A DNA stretch of 64,000 nucleotides from Pseudogymnoascus verrucosus (taxonomy: Eukaryota), in the NCBI GenBank assembly GCA_001662655.1, contig KV460241.1. One strand, 5' to 3'. Under the pieces are notes generated by a model. It was not told the origin of the DNA. It saw only the letters and a program-made list of their open reading frames with translations, and ran no database searches. Shown here in pieces: positions 55,399 to 64,000 of the stretch. Every line of letters begins with the position of its first letter. Position 1 is the first letter of the stretch. The position numbers and the translations under genes were made by a program.

Positions 55399-56101
55399 CT
55401 TTGAGGCTTTTTGTACGATTTGCTCACTCGCATAAGTCTTTATGGTGCGTTATTATTGTCACAAAGGGGGGATTACAAGAGAGTGCAAAGGGTTCGCGTA
55501 GGGGGAAATTGGGACAGTAGCTACAGTGGCGCCTAAGGATATAAAGAAGGGGCTTCCCATGGGAATTGTATGGGAATCCCAAAGGGGCAAAGGAACCACT
55601 GCCAACGAGGGCCATACAATACAACAGGCAACACAAAGACACGGAACACGAAGACACGGAGACTGAGAGAGGCGGTATAAGATAACTTTCAACATAGATA
55701 GCCCTAGTACTTGTAGGCGATATCATTAAGACACTCACTTACAAATAATTGAGACTGCATATGAGAACGTTCAATCGGCCTTGTGCTATGGTTTTCAGCT
55801 ATTTGATTTGGGATTTGGGAATATGCCATAGTCATCTAATATAACTTTATGAGCACTTAGAAAGCTCTTCAGTTAAATCTACACTATAAGACAAGTTCCT
55901 ACAGCTCTTCATATGATAAGTTGATAATATTGTTGTTATCATCGTCCCCGGGCTATGTGGGGGATGGTCGGATTATATAAGTTCCGTTCCGATACGCGCT
56001 AGGGGGATTCTGGTGAGCGATCGCGTCGCAAACCACAAGTCCTGAGAGCACGGTTTGGCCACGGCGTAGTCGCAATACGTCCCGCCCTCATAAAGACAAA
56101 G

Positions 56102-59017
56102 ATGTCGCAACCACCTTCGCCCCATGAGGACGACGATGCGCAGGAGGATAATGTTATCCATGACGAGGCTACGGAGGCTACGATGTCGAGACCGGAGTCG
56201 GATGGGGTATCGAAGAGGGACCTAGAAATCATGAAGGGCATTGTTGATCACCTTACTGAGGCTAAGGACGAGAAGTGAGAACTACCACAATCCATCGGCA
56301 GATGATATATAACCTTTTACTAATTACCTACTAGCGATCGTGAAATCACGTCGGTATTCCAGCGCATTGTAAACAAGAGATTCCTTCCAGATTACCACGA
56401 AGTCATCAAGCATCCCGTCGCCTTCAGCACAGTCAGGGTACGCTTATCTACCAACCTTATAGTTTCTTACGTACTAATACAATTCAAAGGGCAAAATACT
56501 CAGGAAGCAGTACCCAAGCTGGAAGGAATACGTGAGGGATTTTGCGTATATGTCCCACAATGCACAAGTATACAATCGACCCTCGGCCGAGGCCTACGGC
56601 GACGCCCTCAAACTCCGCGAAATGGTGAAACTCGAACTAGCGAAGCTTGTGGACCAAAACATCATATCTGCAGAGGACGCAGAATATCCCGATCTGGGTG
56701 AAATCCCCGATGTCGAGGACTCCCCGCCTCCACAACCGGACGAGGAAATGCAGAGCGAAGACGAGCCGGTCGAGGATGACCGCGAGGATGAAGACGAAGA
56801 TGAAGATGAGGAAGATGATGTTGATGACTCTGATGACGAGGGCGCCCGCAGGAGACGACGCAAGGGGCCCCGCTCCTCTGCTGCCATTACCAAGCGCGAA
56901 GGTGGCAAGGTTGAAGATGGCTCCAAGGAAGATGCGGATGCACATAAGAAGAGAGGAAGGCCACCGAAGGTCCACACACCAATGGAAGCGCGTATCAATA
57001 CCATTCTTAAGGGTCTCAGGAAGTTCAAGGATGAAAAGGGAGACCTCAAGGTTCTACACTTCGAAAAGCCACCGGACAAGACTCTATTTCCTGAGTACTA
57101 TCAAGAGATCAAGAACCCAATTGCGCTGGACATGATCAAGAGGAAGGCCAAGCGCAAGAAGTATAACTCGGTTGATGCTGTCATGAAAGATCTGGAGCTC
57201 ATGTTCGATAACGCCAAAGAATACAATCTTGAAGATAGCGAGGTCTATATATGCGCCACCGACTTGCAAAGAGAGGCTCGGATACTTGCAGAACAGGAGA
57301 AAACTAAGCCGGATAGTGCTTACGTCGATGAAGACGGCAGGCTTCCTCTACCTGAAATCCTCCACAATGGTGAGATTTGGAAGGTTGGTGACTGGGTCCA
57401 TCTCCAGAACCCGAACGACCTCACAAAGCCAATTGTGGCTCAAATTTACCGCACTTGGCAAGATCCGGAAGGACAGAAGTGGATCAACGCCTGTTGGTAT
57501 TATCGGCCAGAACAAACGGTTCACCGCTATGAAAAGCACTTCTTTGAGAATGAGGTTGTGAAGACCGGACAATATCGCGATCACCACATCGACGAGGTTG
57601 TCGATCGCTGTTTTGTTATGTTCTTCACCCGATTCAATAAAGGCCGCCCACGAGGATTTCCACCTGACAAAGAAGTTTACGTCTGCGAGGCGAGATACAA
57701 CGAGGATAAATTCAAGCTCAACAAGATTAAGACCTGGGCTAGTTGCGTACCAGACGAAGTGCGAGAGAAGGATTACGAAATGGATCTATTTGACGTGCCA
57801 AGAAAGATGAAGAAGGTTCCTAGCCCGATCAAACACTTACTTCGCGAGGACGCAAAGGAAGACGACCCTCTTCCAAAGCCAACTTGGGGTGCAGCTAACG
57901 CCCCTCCGATTGTGGGCGCCGTTCATAAGCGACCCCGCGAGGCAAACGTGAGTTTTGGTTGAATTCAACTTCATGGAGTATTTTCTAACAATAACAACAG
58001 GAATCCCCACCTCCAGAGCCAACACCTTCACCTCCACCTCCCCGCCCCGTGGAGCCTGTCCGCCGCTCTATCACCACTGAACGTGCAACAACTTACGGTC
58101 AAAGCGACACCCCAATGGGCAACATGCAGAACACAGCTCCATCTCCAGCCCCAGCGCAACAAACGCTGAACTCATACGGCCAGCAGTCCTCTGCCGTTCG
58201 CCCTTCGGCTTCACCCGCTCCCCAGCTCCACCAACAGTCATCCTATGCTTCTTACGCTACCGTTGATGCACCACCTCCCCAAACCCCATCGTTCGCACCA
58301 TCCACAACCCACAACAACTATGCTGCGACCCATGCTCCGCCCTCCACGGCCCACGCGTCTGTCCTCCAACACCCCGGCACCCCCAACCCCCTCGCCAACT
58401 ACGACGGTGGCTACGCCCGCTCAGTTCCCCAGCCGCGCAACTATGCAGCACCTCCCGCCGGCTCGCACACCAATGCGTATAACCCTCCTCGCTCGGTTGA
58501 GGTGTACCACCTGAGCGACGTCGCGAACGCGAGCATTCCCCAAGACATCCGCAGCCAGTTCCACCGCGACGAGCATGATCGGGTCTTGTTCTTCACTGCT
58601 CCACCACTGGATGTGCCGAGGGTCCCGACCAAGGCGCGCGTTCTTGGTCACAGTCTGAAGTACCTTGCTAAGAAGCTGAAAGATGCGGACGCACTTGCTG
58701 AGGCGCGGAAGGAGAGGGATAAGAAGCTGGAGCAGGTGGCGGGTGAGAAGAGGAAGAGAGCTGAGGAGGAGGAGGAGAAGCTCGCGGAGGAAGTGGAGAA
58801 GGTGAAGATCCGTGCATTTGAGGCGTGGAATCGAGATATGGAGAGGCGTACGCTGGCAATATACGAGCGGATGTTTGGTGCTGATGGGAAGGCGGTGATG
58901 GAGGAGGAGAGGTTGAGACTCGAGAAAGTACATGCTGAGACAAAGCTAGAGAATGAGGCGTCGGAGAGGCGTGAGCGAGAGATGATGGAGAGCCTGAAAG
59001 TGCGGATCTATAGGTAA
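56102..59017 (+). CDS. RSC1: RSC chromatin-remodelling subunit Rsc1/Rsc2 (two bromodomains, AT-hook, BAH)
   Basis: LPDYHEVIKHPVAF...NAQVYN; KKRGRPPK; PEYYQEIKNPIALD...NAKEYN; BAH VGDWVHLQN...PIVAQIYR...NACWYYRPEQT; DRVLFFTAPP. Confidence 0.93.
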
Positions 59018-59672
59018 TTTTTTCAGAGACGTTAGGGAAGATGCTGGTTTGAAGGTGCGACGATTGTCGGGATATGGCGTTATGGATTGGGGGGGTTAGG
59101 AATCTAGGGAGCTTATGCAGGTTTGAGGCTGAGATGGTCTCGCAGGGTTGTCATTATACTGTAACATCAGGCTCACTACGCTGTACTTTGCTATGAGGCA
59201 TCGCTGCTTCACAAGGTCTGTGAGTATTATGTACCTTAGTAAATCAAGAAATTATTTAATTCTGGATCCCACGTATGTCACTGAGATGTTGAACAAAACT
59301 ATACATGTACTCGACTTTTGGAATCATAATTTTCTATATTCATTCTATTTCGTAAATAAATCTCTTTAACTTTCAAGCCACCCACCAAGACAACTATACC
59401 AACAGCCCTCCGTGCACGCACAATAGGTATATACATAGAAGTGAACTTTCTTTCCCGCCTACAATGAAGCAGAAAAAAACAAACAACGAAAAACGGTCAA
59501 GAATAAGAATTCTAGGAACGTCTATCTATCTCTACCCCAGGGGGTAGGAAGACAACAGGATCATGTGCTAAGGATACTCTTTCCATCAACTTTCCAAAAA
59601 GCGACTTAAGAATACACGACACAGCCCCGAGACCGAAACCATGAACCCCACAACAGGTACGGGAGTGCAAAT

Positions 59673-60874
59673 CTAGCCAGATGGGCAGTCGCCGAGGAAA
59701 CCCCACCACTGCTCAGCCTCAAACTGGTCAGCATTGCTGGTCTTCCACATCATGTTGTAAGGGTTGAAGAGCATGACACTAGCTGGGGCTGACTCGAACG
59801 CCGACTTGATAGCGGCGATGGCGGTCTGCTGGTTCGACGACGATGGGATGGCACGGCCGTTGGCGGTTCCCTGGGATGGCCAGCCGGTCTCGGTGATGAC
59901 AATGGTCTGGGTGTTGTCCGCGAGCTTCGACTTGAGGCTCTCAATCGAGCTGGTCAAGAAGGTTCCGGCGCTGGCGGCATCGGTGTTAGGGTCGAAGAAG
60001 GGGTGGCTGTTGACGGCACAGTAGTCGGCGTTGTCGCACAGGCTTGGGTTGGCGAGCGTGGCGACGAGAGTGTCGCAGGTGACGACTGGTCCGGTGTATC
60101 CGGCGGCTCTGAGGAGCGAGCGAGCAGAGCTCATGGCGGCAACGACGGCGGAGGCAGATGCCTGGCCGCTGTTGACAAGCTCATTACCCACGGAGATGGT
60201 GTGGATGATCGACCAGTCGCCGTTGACGGCGGAGACAATGTCATTGACAGATCCAGAGATATCAGCGATATCGTAGATACCCTGGAAAACCTTCATACCG
60301 TGGGCCTTGGCAGCAGCGACCACCGTGGAGACGGTATTGCAGTCAGTGCCATATGTGCGGACGGTAGAGAAACCGCTTCCAAATCCACCGAAGTCCATCA
60401 GGACCTGGTCGGCGGTCTTGCAGGTGCCATCCTTGTTGTATGGGTTGTATGTGAGACCGTAACCATCAGCGGATGACGCAGAGGCGGATGGAGATGATGC
60501 CGACGATGCGTTTGTGTCAGCTACCTTGTCGGCCACGACTGGCGCAACTGCCTCGGGAGTTGGGGATGGCGCAGCTGGAGCGGCGGGGGCCTCGGTCTGA
60601 GCGGCAGGCAGGTTGGTGGTGGTGGAGACAGGGGTGCCGTTTTGATCAACGTAGACAATGACGTGGGCAATGTTAGAGTTGTCGCGAACAGTCACATCCT
60701 TCTTGGCATGGAAAGCCTCATGGGCATGGCGTCCTACGGCTCGTTAGTAACCAATCCTTGAATAGCGCCTCCGCCAGGTTGAAGGATTTAAAAGTGGCTT
60801 TACTTACTGTGAGGTTGAGCGACAGCAAGCTGGAGCAGCGAGATGGCCGCGAGAGAAAGAGTAGCAGTCTTCAT
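59673..60874 (-). CDS. Secreted GH17 cell-wall glucanase/transglycosylase (Scw4/Scw10-like)
   Basis: Signal peptide MKTATLSLAAISLL, one intron; TYNPYNKDGTCK; VRTYGTDC; ISVGNELVN; NSHPFFD; VITETGWPSQG; EQWWG. Confidence 0.9.
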
Positions 60875-63355
60875 ATTGAGAAACTGGATAGGAGTCCTGA
60901 GATGTGTATTTTTGGAGAGGTATTGACTATTCGCAACGGCTGTCAGCAAGTTTCTATGGTAGTTTGAGGAGTTCCGTAAGGACTGCTAGAGCCTTAAAGC
61001 GAGCGTGTGAGGGCAGAAAGGTAAAAATGCTTGGAATGTTGTGCTATGGGTATAGCCATGTGGTGAAATTTATTAAGAATTTAAGGCAAACTATCTCCTG
61101 TCCTCTGGCGCGACTGTGTTGCATGCCCACTCTCATTTATCCCTCGGAAGCAACCCTTTAGGCAGGCACGATGCTCATGAACCATGGGTTCTCTCACAAC
61201 CTCGACTCAAATAAAACGTATCAAAATCAACAAGAAGCATCTGATTTTGGGAATCTTGACATATGATAAGAAAGTAAAAGACATACCCCTAGGTGTCTAT
61301 ATCTTCAGACTTTGCTGAAGCGAGAGAATGTGATAATCTGATGCAGCCACAGGCGCAATCGAAGATTTATAATGAAGGAATGACCTTTGGGTGATCCGAA
61401 GCAGGAGCAATTTGATACGAGGCAGGGACGAAGACCGGCTAAGACTAAGCTTTGTAGATGCGACTGAAAGGAATGGACAGGAGGTTATCGAAAGCGAATT
61501 GAATATCCTCCAGAGGCTTTGATGGGCGAGTCGCAGACTACAAGAAAAAGGGCTTGCGTGGTCGGTGGGCGTTTGTAAAATGAAAGTGTGACGAAGAGGA
61601 AAGAATCAGCGCGAGGCTGGGGGGACAGAAGACTTCAAATACGTTCGAACAGAAAGCGGCGCTCTGGCCCTGCCCTCTGACCCACCATAGTCATACTATA
61701 GCACACAAAGAGCAAACTGGCTCAACTTTTTGGTTGCAAAAGTGATCAAAAAGAGTGTGTTTTCAGTGGGGAGACAGCGGCAACGTCCTCGACGGCCCAC
61801 GTACGCACACGGTATGGAAGTTTAGTATGTACTCGTACTTGGGTGCCGCAGTGATAATGGTGGGGAGCAGTGGGGACGCCGGGACAGGCACAGAAGATCC
61901 GTCCATAGGGACAGCGAGGGTCCCTTGCCGTCGGTCTGGACTCTTCCAAGCATACACTACCAACCACCGGCACAAAGTCCGGGGAGAATAAAAGAGCCAC
62001 CCCGACCAGAGGGACAAAGACAGAATAGCTGGGGCGGAGCGTCTATTGACAAACATTATGCTTGGCGTTTTGAGTCTGTCGTCGCTACCAAGTTGCCTCT
62101 GTTCTTGGTTCCGCGAGTGACAGTGAAGCAGCTCAGCATTGTGACAAGCTGTAGCGTACCACCGAAGCCCATCCAGTGGAAGACAGGCAGTTTATCCGGT
62201 CGTAGTCCACTGGGAGGATACTGAGAGGATACTGAGAGGACCCTTCCACGCCCTTGTACACCTTCCACAGAGCTGGTGAAACCCTAGGGGTTCTAGGGCT
62301 TCTACTCACAAAATCTCATTGGGTGCAGTGGTGCGGGTACCTGGCAAGGAAGAAAAGGGAGAGCTCTCAACCGACATCATGGATTTGATGGTAACGAGTC
62401 ATGTTGCCCTTCGCCCTTTCTTTTTTCGGTCCAGAGCAAATGTCAACCAATATCAAGTCAGTTTCCACGTGAGGGCCACCACACCGGAAGCCGTCGGGTT
62501 TCCAAAGGGTTTTTGGGGATTCCAGAGAAGATATTTGCATTCTGTTATGCTATAGCAATTGTTAGAATAAACTGCACATATAGAGAGGGCATTGCACTCA
62601 GCGAATTGATGTGCGTCTGCCCTACGAGGCGTGAACACAGCCAAGCTTTTCCGCCATCGCCAAGCCTTTTCCCACGATCTCACAAACTGCCGATCTCTCC
62701 CCAACCCCTGCCCTAAGCCAGCCAGGGCCACGACGACTTTCCCCCTCGAGTTCCTTGGAAAGTAGGCAGCAAGCTCGTGAAAAGTCGATGGCTGTGTCTA
62801 CGGGGCGGATGTTGTACTGTACTTCCCGTCCCACCTTCCCCCGCTCAGGTGCATAACTCCAGTAAAGATACTGCGTTGGGAGTACTTTCCAAGAAAGTAT
62901 CAGCCGCCGTTGTTTCAACAGGTTTTCTAGAGGCGGGTCTCGCCCGGATATTCCCCTTTAGTCAGGAACGACTGATACGGGAAGGGCATGAGTTGAGAGC
63001 AACACTATCGATAGACCTAACTCGGATGAGGTGTGCAGAACACGTGTAACGGAAGGGATTCCACGGACATCACGTGCAGTTAAGCGTTTGTGGATGACCC
63101 CCAAGGTGTTGCCAACACTCACAGTAGAATAGGACACAGCACTGACTCATATCCAGCAGGCTTCAGTATCGGATAAACCAGTATTAGACATTAAACATAG
63201 TCCTCGCCATCACGGCCAGACCGTCCATAATCCCCCCATCTATAATAATGCATCTTCGTGTAGCCCGTACAGCCCCCTGTATATAAACCCCCATCCGTCT
63301 CCCGACAGAGCTCTTCATAATCTATACAATACACCCTCTCCGCACTGACCCTCAC

Positions 63356-64000
63356 TTAAGCAGTAGGGGGTACGACGAGCTTACTGTTCGCCTTACGCGT
63401 CATCACCTTCGTGACCGCGTGCCGGATAACCACACCAGCCTTCTCGGTCTCCTTCTTCGTCAGGCCCGTCGTGACGCACACCTTCAGCGCGGGCTGTAGC
63501 TGCCATCCCTGCTCCTTGGCGGTGCTGGATGGGGCGACTGGCATAGCCTTGAGGCGGGTGATAAGTACTCCGTTTGCAAGACACTGTCCGGGTTAGCAAT
63601 CATCCCCTTCCGAGGAAACAATACGAGAACACGAGGAATATGGAAAATGGAAAATAAGAGCTTACCTCGTCCACACACTCCTGCAGCACACGCTCCTGGT
63701 CATTCATGCTCAGCCGCCTCGTATTCACCACATCCGGCTTAAGCACACACAACACCATCGGGTTATCCACCGCGCTCGTAACCGTGATCCAATCACTCCT
63801 CGGATCAAGCTGTGCACGCATAGCCTTAATATTCTCACGACACCCCGCCAAGATCTCCGGCATAGTCTGCAGCATCGACAACGCCTCGCTCGCCGTCGTG
63901 GCCATCATGGCTGGGAGGGCGGCAGAGAAGGTGTAAGCAGCGGCACTGATACGTTGGTGCTCTACGATGTCGGTGGAGCCGGCGCAGAAACCACCACCTG
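63356..64000 (-). CDS. LCB1: Serine palmitoyltransferase subunit 1, 3' part (runs off the window)
   Basis: GGFCAGSTDIVEHQRISAAAYTFSAALPAMMATTASE; LQECVDE/CLANGVLITR; PALKVCVTTGLTKKETEKAGVVIRHA. Confidence 0.9.

Overview
Eukaryotic, intron-containing DNA from a filamentous ascomycete (Leotiomycete/Pseudogymnoascus-like by my impression of the proteins; not verified). The first ~4.1 kb is accessory-like. It holds an AT/TpA-rich, RIP-like remnant and a nest of pogo/Fot1-type (Tc1-mariner superfamily) DNA transposon pieces. One of these is a full-length 1,940-bp element with 61-bp TIRs and TA flanks, inactivated by a single in-frame stop. An intronless metallo-beta-lactamase-fold lactonase/lactamase follows. 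The remainder is a gene-dense housekeeping region of ~27 genes, many in head-to-head pairs: YTP1-like, KGD2, complex I B22, H2A/H2B, SQS1, ATG4, JJJ1, SPX-RING E3, FBXO21-like F-box, UCH37-like DUB, POM152, LACTB2-like, UBP8, EFM5, complex I 40 kDa, RPN9, GAA1, RBD2, ACO1, BUD20, DAM1, CSR1, HNT1 (absent from the ORF track), one orphan repeat ORF, RSC1/2, a GH17 glucanase and the 3' part of LCB1. I found no tRNA, rRNA or CRISPR, and no clearly novel multi-gene system. The best leads are the ATCACGTGAC-bounded transposon nest with its adjacent lactonase, a CaaX-terminated SPX-RING ligase, the N-terminally extended Csr1 and the orphan ORF. Gene spans include introns and were assembled by eye; family calls come from motif recognition, not database searches.
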